A stretch of DNA of 14,559 nucleotides, from contig JAVHOV010000017.1 in assembly GCA_036170245.1 (NCBI GenBank), forward strand, positions 1 through 14,559, given 5' to 3'. The notes beneath the pieces were generated by a model. It was not told the DNA's origin. It saw only the letters and a list, made by a program, of their open reading frames with translations, and made no database searches. Of this stretch, positions 7,943 through 14,559 are shown in pieces (within the stretch, counting starts at the first letter, position 1; every line of letters begins with the position of its first letter). A program made the position numbers and the translations under genes. This DNA is from an archaeon. GTDB taxonomy: Archaea > Iainarchaeota > Iainarchaeia > Iainarchaeales > JAAZKV01.

Positions 7943-8878
7943 ATGACACTGACTATTAAGAAAGTAAGTGGTAAGGACTATTACTATTCAGTTCTAAGTT
8001 TTTATGTAATTGACAAATCAAGAAATTTTAGCAAATATATTGGTTTAGAAAAACCATCCATGGAAGTATTAGAAAAGACTGAAGATGAATTTAGGGATGA
8101 AATAATTACAAGACTTTCAAAAAAACCATACACTCAAGAATTTGTTTCAAAAGACGATGTTATTAAATCGCTTCTATTTAGAGACTCTTTTCTAAAAAAA
8201 TATAATTCTTTAACGAGTGTAAAAAAGAAAAAATATGATACAGAGAGTATAGATTCTTTTACGTTGACAACTCTTACAACCGAAGAAGTGGATGTTGATA
8301 TTAATGATGTTATAAATGCTAGAAAAAAGACTACTCCTTTGACTGAAAGAGAACAAATTAGTAAAAACATGCTTAATGCTATTACTTCAATTAATGAACC
8401 TCACCCACTTGACAGAAAATATTTTCTTGAATTGCACAAAACTATTATGGCAACTTTCAAACATAAAAGACCTGGACTTATAAGAAACAAGAATGTGCAT
8501 TTGTACGCAAGTGATGGAAAATCAATTAGTCGTGAATTAACTTACACCCCCCCGCATTACAATGAAGTAAGCGGCTTGCTTAATGAATTTCTTAGTTGGT
8601 ATACTACATGCAATCTTAATCCAATAGAAAAATCTGCTATGGCTCATTATAAACTTTATAGACTTCACCCATTTTTAGATGGGAATAAAAGAATGTGTAG
8701 ACTTTTAGTTAACAAAACTTTATTTGATGAAAAGTTTCCTCTTCTCAATATTTCATTTGAAAAGGAAAAGTACTTTACTGCAATAATTAGTGCAGTAGAA
8801 AACAAGAAACCACAATTATTAGTTGAGTTTGCATTACAAACATATTACAAACAAGTCAAGCAATTTATTAGCAATTAA
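7943..8878 (+). CDS. Fic/Doc family protein with N-terminal beta-hairpin module
   Basis: Fic signature HPFLDGNKRMCR, LELHKTIM, PGLIR, YTPP. No SD; TATA box ends ~24 nt upstream, so probably leaderless. Confidence 0.93.
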   Translation: MTLTIKKVSGKDYYYSVLSFYVIDKSRNFSKYIGLEKPSMEVLEKTEDEFRDEIITRLSKKPYTQEFVSKDDVIKSLLFRDSFLKKYNSLTSVKKKKYDTESIDSFTLTTLTTEEVDVDINDVINARKKTTPLTEREQISKNMLNAITSINEPHPLDRKYFLELHKTIMATFKHKRPGLIRNKNVHLYASDGKSISRELTYTPPHYNEVSGLLNEFLSWYTTCNLNPIEKSAMAHYKLYRLHPFLDGNKRMCRLLVNKTLFDEKFPLLNISFEKEKYFTAIISAVENKKPQLLVEFALQTYYKQVKQFISN

Positions 8879-8882
8879 ATAA

Positions 8883-9155
8883 TTAGGTATTCAATCTAAT
8901 TCCTTTTTGGTCGTCTAAGTCAATTACTATTAACTGATGACCATTTTTTTGGTTTTGTCCGAAGCTTATTGAATATTTTTTATCCGGACAGTATTTTTCT
9001 CCTACATATAGGCGAGGCACATTTATCAGGTAGTGATAGTCTCTTGTTCCTCTGCCTTTCAAACGTAACTTATTGTAGGATTTGAGTCCTTCTTGAAAGG
9101 AGTAGATTATTTGTTGTGCTTTTAGAGCAATGTTGATGTAGGCAGTTTCTTCCAT
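8883..9155 (-). CDS. Hypothetical protein, possible AbrB/SpoVT-like DNA-binding protein
   Basis: 90 aa; GGAGGTC SD (rc 9161-9167); KLRLKGRG..YHYLINVPR resembles the swapped-hairpin K..G.sy.itiP motif. Confidence 0.65.
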   Translation of the reverse strand: MEETAYINIALKAQQIIYSFQEGLKSYNKLRLKGRGTRDYHYLINVPRLYVGEKYCPDKKYSISFGQNQKNGHQLIVIDLDDQKGIRLNT

Positions 9156-9283
9156 TCTTTGACCTCCTTTGGTTGAAGCATTGCTTGGTGGACTTCTTCT
9201 AAAACTATTTCTTCTTCTGGTAGTAGTACTCCACCTAATCTTTTTATTTCTTCTAGTACTTCTGCGTATATTTTTGAAATCAT
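9122..9283 (-). CDS. Small hypothetical protein, 53 aa (not in ORF track)
   Basis: Manual translation: MISKIYAEVLEEIKRLGGVLLPEEEIVLEEVHQAMLQPKEVKEWKKLPTSTLL*. GTGA SD (rc 9290-9293), TTTATAAG box upstream, overlaps the start of the next gene. Confidence 0.6.
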   Translation of the reverse strand: MISKIYAEVLEEIKRLGGVLLPEEEIVLEEVHQAMLQPKEVKEWKKLPTSTLL

Positions 9284-9309
9284 GTTAAATCACTAAATTG
9301 ACTTGCTGT

Positions 9310-9408
9310 TTGAGTTACTTATAAACTTTAAGTTTTTTTATTTTAAAATAATTGAACTAATTCCGATTTTTTTGAATTTTTTGTACAGATTCTTTATATA
9401 TCACTCAA
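9310..9408. promoter_or_regulatory. Divergent TATA-box promoters sharing TTTATA-N4-ACTCAA
   Basis: Minus strand 9325-9310 TTTATAAGTAACTCAA; plus strand 9393-9408 TTTATATATCACTCAA (13/16 identical). Each points to one divergent unit. Confidence 0.55.
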
Positions 9409-9464
9409 CGAGAAGATGATTTTTAGAGAGAAAAAGAAATTTTTTTCTTTAAGGAGGAAGTGAG

Positions 9465-9764
9465 ATGATGAAAAGAAGTTTGTTAATAGTCATGGCAGTA
9501 ATGCTAGTAACTCAATTAGTTTTTGCTGCTTCAGTAAGTGACATTACAGAACCTATAACAAAAATCTATGATTTGATTAAAGGAGTTGTTTCAGTTGTTG
9601 GAGTAATTTCAATTACCGTTGCTGGAGCAATGTACATGTTCTCTGGATCAAATATTCAAGCTAGAGAAAATTCTAAGTCAATGGTAACGTACGCAGTAGT
9701 TGGATTAGTGTTAGTTTGGGTTGCGCCATTAATAGTAACCTATTTGACAGCATCAGCGTTATGA
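9465..9764 (+). CDS. TrbC/VirB2-like (T4SS) pilin
   Basis: Signal peptide ending VFA, then two hydrophobic helices joined by AGAMYMFSGSNIQARENSKSMV, ending YAVVGLVLVWVAPLIV; AGGAGG SD at 9452-9457. Confidence 0.85.
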   Translation: MMKRSLLIVMAVMLVTQLVFAASVSDITEPITKIYDLIKGVVSVVGVISITVAGAMYMFSGSNIQARENSKSMVTYAVVGLVLVWVAPLIVTYLTASAL

Positions 9765-9781
9765 AAGGAGATTGTGGGAAA

Positions 9782-10810
9782 ATGTTTAAATGGTTTGAAT
9801 GGTTTCTACCAGCAATACTAATAATAAGTTTGCTGGCACCCTACTCCTACGCAATTACTGTTAGAATAGATGTTTCGGGAATAATTAATGCAGTAAATGG
9901 AAATACACAAAGTACACAACAAGCACAAGAAGACACCAGAGATACACTCAATACTTCTTTACTTGGTTTGCCCCTAGGAATGTTCGGACTATTCACTAAC
10001 TCAATGAAAGAGTCAATCAAAAATTTTAACACAAGCCTACTAGACTTAACTAAAGAATTGCTTTCAGCTAATCCAGATCCTCAATTAATGTTTGGTTGGT
10101 GGCAATCAATCACAATAATAATTTCATCATTTTATTTACTAATCTTTTTGTTAATAGGATTTAATTTTTTGATTAATGGACACAGTATTGTGAAAAGAGA
10201 ACAATCTAAGGAATGGTTGAAGAATGCAGTGATAATGATTATTGGAGTAAGCACCTCATTTTACTTATATGAATTAATTCTTGGTTTGGGTAGTGGGATA
10301 ACTAAGTTTATGTGGATGACTGGATTTGAACAATTCTTTTCAACCACAATGTTTGACGGCTCAGGAATGCTAATGCTATTATCTTTTTTAGTTTCAATTA
10401 CACTCGCACTAGTAACACTATTTTTCAGATACTTGTTTTTGTTAGTTGGAGTAGTTTTGTTTCCAATTGGAATTTTTCTTTATCTTACTCCTAAGTTTGA
10501 GAATTGGGGCAAAGTAATTTTTAATTTTATTGGAATAATGCTTGCAATTCAATTTGTTGATGTCATCGTTCTAATCGCAACTCAACAAGCAATTACTCAA
10601 CTTGTAGGAAATGCAGGAGCAGGATTCATTTTACCTTTAGGTTTCTTGATTGTTGCAATCATCAACTCTGCCATGATGATATACTCTATTCTAAAATCAG
10701 CCCTCGCAATTGCCAACAACGCACCCATAATCAACATGGCAGTAAGTGCACTATCAGGAAATATAGTGGGTGCAGTTGGCAGTGCAAAACAAAGCGGAAC
10801 AGTGAACTAA
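9782..10810 (+). CDS. Polytopic membrane protein, VirB6/TrbL (CedA/TedA)-like
   Basis: Signal/TM segment, polar helical region, then ~6-7 hydrophobic segments including FFRYLFLLVGVVLFPIG and a Gly/Ala-rich tail; follows the pilin directly. Start at ATG 9782 (AAGGAG upstream) or ATG 9761 (ATGA overlap) rather than 9716. Confidence 0.75.
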   Translation: MFKWFEWFLPAILIISLLAPYSYAITVRIDVSGIINAVNGNTQSTQQAQEDTRDTLNTSLLGLPLGMFGLFTNSMKESIKNFNTSLLDLTKELLSANPDPQLMFGWWQSITIIISSFYLLIFLLIGFNFLINGHSIVKREQSKEWLKNAVIMIIGVSTSFYLYELILGLGSGITKFMWMTGFEQFFSTTMFDGSGMLMLLSFLVSITLALVTLFFRYLFLLVGVVLFPIGIFLYLTPKFENWGKVIFNFIGIMLAIQFVDVIVLIATQQAITQLVGNAGAGFILPLGFLIVAIINSAMMIYSILKSALAIANNAPIINMAVSALSGNIVGAVGSAKQSGTVN

Positions 10811-10811
10811 A

Positions 10812-11657
10812 ATGTCTTATGAAATACCAAAAAATTTGAAATACGAAGAAAAGTTCTTCTTCAACTTATCTTTGAGTCAAGCTGGTTGGCTCGGATTATT
10901 TGGAACCTTAGGGGCAATAGTTTTTCTAAAAACCCCTTTGCCTTTCGAATTCAAACTAGTACTAGGAGTATTGCTCTTAGCTATTGGTGGAGGATTTGCT
11001 TTTCTAAATCTTCGAGAACATTTGACTACTTTTGCTAATTATTTTTTGCGACCTAAGGAACTTGGTTATTTGGATAAAGAAATGGAGAGTTTTATTGAAG
11101 TAAAAAGAATTGCGGACAATACTTTATTTTTAACTAATAATTCTGCTAAAGCAATTATACAAATTCAACCAATTAACTTTCATATCCTTGATGTTAGAAA
11201 CCAACAAGCAATAATTTCAGCTTACAAAGACTTTCTAAATTCTCTAGATTTTCCAATTCAAATAGTAATGAGAACAGTAAACCTTTCCCTAGAAGAATAC
11301 CTCAAAACACTCGGACAGAAAGTAAAAAAGTCTAAGAATGAAAAGATGCATAAGCAATTTGCTGACTTTAAAGATTTTATTTTAAATTACATTGAAAACC
11401 ACGCAGTAAAAAATCGTTTGTTCTATATTGTGATTCCTTCGGATGAAAAAAACCCAAAGTATATTTTAAACCAACTTGATATTCGTGTTACTCTTTGTCA
11501 AGAGAAGCTAAAATCATGTAACCTAACAACTAAGCGATTGAATACTAATGAACTCGTTTCGATGCTTTCGAGTTACTTTGAAGGATTTATTGAAAATGGT
11601 AATGAGTACCTTTCAGTTTTGTCATTCTTAGAAAAACAAAAGGAGGTGACTCAATGA
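10812..11657 (+). CDS. PrgI-like membrane domain fused to TraC/VirB4-N-terminal-like domain
   Basis: YEIPKNLKYEEKFFFNLSLSQ plus two TM helices and ..YFLRPK (PrgI-like), then IQPINFHIL..QQAIISAYKDFLNSLDFPIQIV..RLFYIVIP..KRLNTNEL. Confidence 0.8.
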   Translation: MSYEIPKNLKYEEKFFFNLSLSQAGWLGLFGTLGAIVFLKTPLPFEFKLVLGVLLLAIGGGFAFLNLREHLTTFANYFLRPKELGYLDKEMESFIEVKRIADNTLFLTNNSAKAIIQIQPINFHILDVRNQQAIISAYKDFLNSLDFPIQIVMRTVNLSLEEYLKTLGQKVKKSKNEKMHKQFADFKDFILNYIENHAVKNRLFYIVIPSDEKNPKYILNQLDIRVTLCQEKLKSCNLTTKRLNTNELVSMLSSYFEGFIENGNEYLSVLSFLEKQKEVTQ

Positions 11658-11776
11658 CAGACCAAACGCCAAGAGAACTCTCTGTGATTTTGTACAATGG
11701 AAAAAGATACTTTGTAGACCACAGACTGCACCAAATGAGAAACGTGACAAACCCTAACGATTGCATCCAATTCTAA
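11654..11776 (+). CDS. Micro-protein, 40 aa (not in ORF track)
   Basis: MTDQTPRELSVILYNGKRYFVDHRLHQMRNVTNPNDCIQF*; perfect GGAGGTGA SD at 11642-11649 and ATGA overlap with the upstream stop. Confidence 0.75.
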   Translation: MTDQTPRELSVILYNGKRYFVDHRLHQMRNVTNPNDCIQF

Positions 11777-11797
11777 ACTAAATGGAGGTGAAGGTGG

Positions 11798-11965
11798 ATG
11801 ATAACAAAATACAGAAGAAGAATGAACAGCATCTTAGAAAAAATATTAGGAAAAAAACAAGCAACGATTCAAGAAAGTGTAGTGCCTAAAAGTGAGGAAC
11901 ATGAGCTTTGTGAGAACGAAAACAATCAAGGGCAATCAGTACAGCTACCTAGTGGAGAACAATAG
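11798..11965 (+). CDS. Micro-protein, 55 aa (not in ORF track)
   Basis: [55 protein letters not shown]; perfect GGAGGTGA SD at 11784-11791. Confidence 0.55.
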   Translation: MITKYRRRMNSILEKILGKKQATIQESVVPKSEEHELCENENNQGQSVQLPSGEQ

Positions 11966-12065
11966 AGTGAACGGAAAAGTGAAACAAAAATGCATACAAT
12001 ACTTAGGAAGGATTTACAATGAAGGAATTAGAGAAACTACTCAAACCATCGTACGTCAAAAATGA
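11901..12065 (+). CDS. Micro-protein, 54 aa, predicted beta-sheet DNA-binding module (not in ORF track)
   Basis: [54 protein letters not shown]. The K.IKG..Y.YLVE..RV.GKVKQK...YLG motif is recognisable from IS1634-type transposase N-termini. Confidence 0.7.
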   Translation: MSFVRTKTIKGNQYSYLVENNRVNGKVKQKCIQYLGRIYNEGIRETTQTIVRQK

Positions 12066-14292
12066 ATTCGACTGCCTAAAAGTAAACGAACAAATGACAC
12101 GAACAATAATGGCAGTAGGATACCCAAGAACTATTAGAGAAGGTTGGCTAGACTCAATCATTTCCAGTGAAGGAAATTTTGATATGTCAATGCACATCAA
12201 GCCTAGCCACATTGCTTCAATCATAACCCAACTCAATCAAGAATTAGTAAAACAAGAATCCGACCTAATGTCAGCCCAAATGAAAGGCATAGTAAACCCC
12301 TCTCTAAAACTCCAACACCAAGACACCCTAAACGTTTTAGAAAAACTCCAAAAAGGTGAAGAGAAACTATTCAACATTTCTCTTTACCTCGGAGCAAGAG
12401 CATACGACAAAGAAAAACTCGATTTACTAACAAAAAAGATTCTAGCAGAATTAAATTCAATAATGATAATACCAAAAATACCTTTTTTGAAAATGAATGA
12501 AGGTGCAAAAGCACTCTACCCCATACAAGAAGATAAGTTGAACATTAATAGAAATATTCCTAGTGATGCTTTAGCCGCTTGCTTTCCATTCACCACAGCT
12601 TATTTGAATATTGACCAAGAAGGAATCCTATTCGGCTTAAACAAAATCAACAACATCCCAATTATTTTAGACCCATTTCACTTTGCAAATTACAACGGAC
12701 TAATACTAGGAACATCAGGAGGAGGAAAAAGTGTTACTGCAAAACTCTTTATTCTTAGAAATATTTTGCGCGGAGTAAAAACAATTATGATTGATCCTCA
12801 AGGAGAATACGTTGACCTAACCAAAGCATACAATGGACAATTAGTTGAAATTCACAGAGAAAGTAAATCAATAATTAACCCATTTGATTTAATGAATTCC
12901 GACTTGGGAGAAAAAACAATTACCTTAATGGATTTATTCAAAATACTTTGTGGAGAACTAACTGAAGTTCAAAAAAATATTTTAGATAAAGCAATTCACA
13001 TTAGTTATCAGCAAAAAGGAATCCTACCAGAAGACTCAAATACTTGGACTAAAGAACCTCCAATAATGGAAGACCTGTATAATGAAATAATTAAAGAAAA
13101 AAAGACAGCATCTCGCTTAGAAAAAATGACATACGAAGCTTTAGAGAATAGATTGAGGATTTATGTAAAAGGCTCTTTTTCATTTATCAACAAGCAAACT
13201 AGTCTTGATTTGACTAATGATTTAATTTGTTTTAACATCGCAAACATGCCTTCACAAATTAAACCTGTAATGATGTATTTGATTCTTGATTTTGTTCATA
13301 AGAAAATGCAAAAAGATAAAGAAAGAAAAACTTTGATTATTGATGAGGCTTGGTCTTTGTTACAATTTGCAGAAAACTCAAAATCAATCTTCGAACTAAT
13401 AAAAACTGCAAGAAAATTTGGTTTAGGAATAGTAATTATTACTCAAGAAGTAGAAGATTTACTTTCTTCTCCTGCTGGGAAAACTATTCTAGCAAACACC
13501 GCATGGAAATATCTCTCGCGACAAGAACCTGCTTGTATTCAAGAGTTAGCAGAGAAGTTTCACTTAAATCAAGAAGAACAAAATTACTTATTAACTTCAA
13601 TGCCCGGAGAAGGACTCTTATTTGCAATGAACGACCATATTCCACTTAGAGTTATTCCTAGTCCAAGCGAAATGGAGTTAATTACAACTAATCCTGATGA
13701 GATTCGAAAGAGGGAAGAGAAACTCAAAGAGTTAAGCACTACAAAAAAAGAAGATTTAGAACCATACAAAATAGAAAAAACATATTACTTAACTAGTGAG
13801 TTGAATGAACAGCAAACAGATTTTTTGAAGAGTAATGGTTTTGTTGAATCTCGTTTGTGTGGTTTGGATAATTCTTCAAAACAATATTTAGTAAAAAAGC
13901 CAAGTGGAAGCGAAAGTGTCGAGCATTTTTTTATGGTTCAGATTGTTGCTGAAGAAGTTAGGCACTACACAAACAAAATTACTTTAGACTCAACAGTGAA
14001 TCCAGATATTTCATTTGAAATAGAAAAAAATGGTTTTATTGAGAAATATGCGATTGAGATTGAAACGGGAAGCCAATCAAGAAACACTGGAGAGATGAAT
14101 GCAAAAGTAGAGAAAAACAATTCGTTTGGTTACAAGAAGTGGTGGTTTTTGGTAACAGACTTTTTAGCAAAAAGAGAATATGAAAAACTGCATTCAACTT
14201 TAAAGAGAACTGAAGTCAAATCGCTTTTAGAAAAAATGTTTAAGGAGGGATTAAATGGAAGACAACAAAAAATTATTGATGCTAGCCAATAG
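12019..14292 (+). CDS. VirB4/TraC-family ATPase with C-terminal PD-(D/E)XK-like extension
   Basis: [30 protein letters not shown] (Walker A), [20 protein letters not shown] (Walker B), ARKFG, ITQEVED, GEGL, ITTNP. The last ~190 aa contain [18 protein letters not shown]. Confidence 0.92.
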   Translation: MKELEKLLKPSYVKNEFDCLKVNEQMTRTIMAVGYPRTIREGWLDSIISSEGNFDMSMHIKPSHIASIITQLNQELVKQESDLMSAQMKGIVNPSLKLQHQDTLNVLEKLQKGEEKLFNISLYLGARAYDKEKLDLLTKKILAELNSIMIIPKIPFLKMNEGAKALYPIQEDKLNINRNIPSDALAACFPFTTAYLNIDQEGILFGLNKINNIPIILDPFHFANYNGLILGTSGGGKSVTAKLFILRNILRGVKTIMIDPQGEYVDLTKAYNGQLVEIHRESKSIINPFDLMNSDLGEKTITLMDLFKILCGELTEVQKNILDKAIHISYQQKGILPEDSNTWTKEPPIMEDLYNEIIKEKKTASRLEKMTYEALENRLRIYVKGSFSFINKQTSLDLTNDLICFNIANMPSQIKPVMMYLILDFVHKKMQKDKERKTLIIDEAWSLLQFAENSKSIFELIKTARKFGLGIVIITQEVEDLLSSPAGKTILANTAWKYLSRQEPACIQELAEKFHLNQEEQNYLLTSMPGEGLLFAMNDHIPLRVIPSPSEMELITTNPDEIRKREEKLKELSTTKKEDLEPYKIEKTYYLTSELNEQQTDFLKSNGFVESRLCGLDNSSKQYLVKKPSGSESVEHFFMVQIVAEEVRHYTNKITLDSTVNPDISFEIEKNGFIEKYAIEIETGSQSRNTGEMNAKVEKNNSFGYKKWWFLVTDFLAKREYEKLHSTLKRTEVKSLLEKMFKEGLNGRQQKIIDASQ

Positions 14293-14559
14293 AGCAAGCG
14301 CAATAAGAGAATCACTAATCAATTTAATCAAAGACGGCAGAGCCTACTCAGCAGAAGTAAGCAATATTTTAGAAGACTACTATAAAATATTAGATTCTGC
14401 AAAAGAATTGGATTCAGACATTGAAGCTCCTGAAGTAGATAAGTATAATCCAGTTTATTTATCAGGAGCCCTTGAAGCCTTAACATCCGCAATAAGATTA
14501 GCCTCAGGAGAGAATGAAATTGATACAGAAAAACTAAAAGTAGAATCAGTTGAGTTAAG
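14255..14559 (+). CDS. Hypothetical protein, partial (runs off the window)
   Basis: AAGGAGG SD at 14242-14248 and ATG 14255; open to the end: [35 protein letters not shown]... (101 codons, no stop); overlaps the ATPase 3' end. Confidence 0.75.
   Translation, partial: MEDNKKLLMLANRASAIRESLINLIKDGRAYSAEVSNILEDYYKILDSAKELDSDIEAPEVDKYNPVYLSGALEALTSAIRLASGENEIDTEKLKVESVEL

Larger units (their letters stand above)
7073..14559. mobile_element. Putative integrated conjugative/T4SS-encoding island (partial; boundaries uncertain)
   Basis: Gene content switches from housekeeping genes to nuclease, Fic, small regulators and a VirB2/VirB6/PrgI/VirB4-like operon. No integrase, relaxase or att site seen. 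Confidence 0.5.

Noticed and set aside
9338..9351. Perfect palindrome TTATTTTAAAATAA
   Set aside because: A/T-only sequence in a very AT-rich intergenic region; not significant alone.
9716..9760. ORF-track start of the VirB6-like gene
   Set aside because: Non-ATG start inside the pilin gene; ATG 9761 or 9782 has better coupling or SD support.
11782..11889. Alternative 35-aa [16 protein letters not shown]...
   Set aside because: Its ATG overlaps the GGAGGTGA SD, which is correctly spaced for ATG 11798 instead.
1116..14315. Shadow ORFs (1116-1340, 1228-1410, 1510-1737, 1815-2018, 2400-2591, 2985-3407, 5247-5756, 6368-6574, 8134-8370, 9847-10032, 12003-12236, 13350-13649, 13584-13769, 14130-14315)
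   Set aside because: All overlap better-supported genes in antisense or alternative frames and show no recognisable motifs.

Overview
AT-rich, gene-dense window read with standard code 11. It is most likely archaeal and DPANN-like; this is inferred from GGAGGTGA/GGTGA Shine-Dalgarno motifs, TTTATA boxes close to start codons and a COG1361-type S-layer gene. The left half (~1-7010) is host-like: a possible IS200/IS605-type terminal hairpin, a HxGH nucleotidyltransferase, a stand-alone pyrB, an ArsP/DUF318 permease, a small Cys-containing membrane protein, a hypothetical protein, an S-layer/MarR/truncated HlyD-like operon with a palindromic operator, and an SPFH protein. The right half (~7070-14559) looks like an accessory or integrated element. 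It carries a small CoiA-like PD-(D/E)XK nuclease, a Fic protein behind two tandem 36-bp palindromes, a divergent two-gene unit with an AbrB-like protein, and a tightly coupled type IV secretion-like operon. That operon encodes a VirB2-like pilin, a VirB6-like membrane protein, a PrgI/TraC-like fusion, three micro-ORFs missed by the ORF track, and a VirB4-like ATPase with a C-terminal PD-(D/E)XK-like domain; it continues past the window edge. No relaxase, coupling protein, integrase, tRNA or CRISPR array is visible. All family calls come from motif recognition by eye, not database searches.
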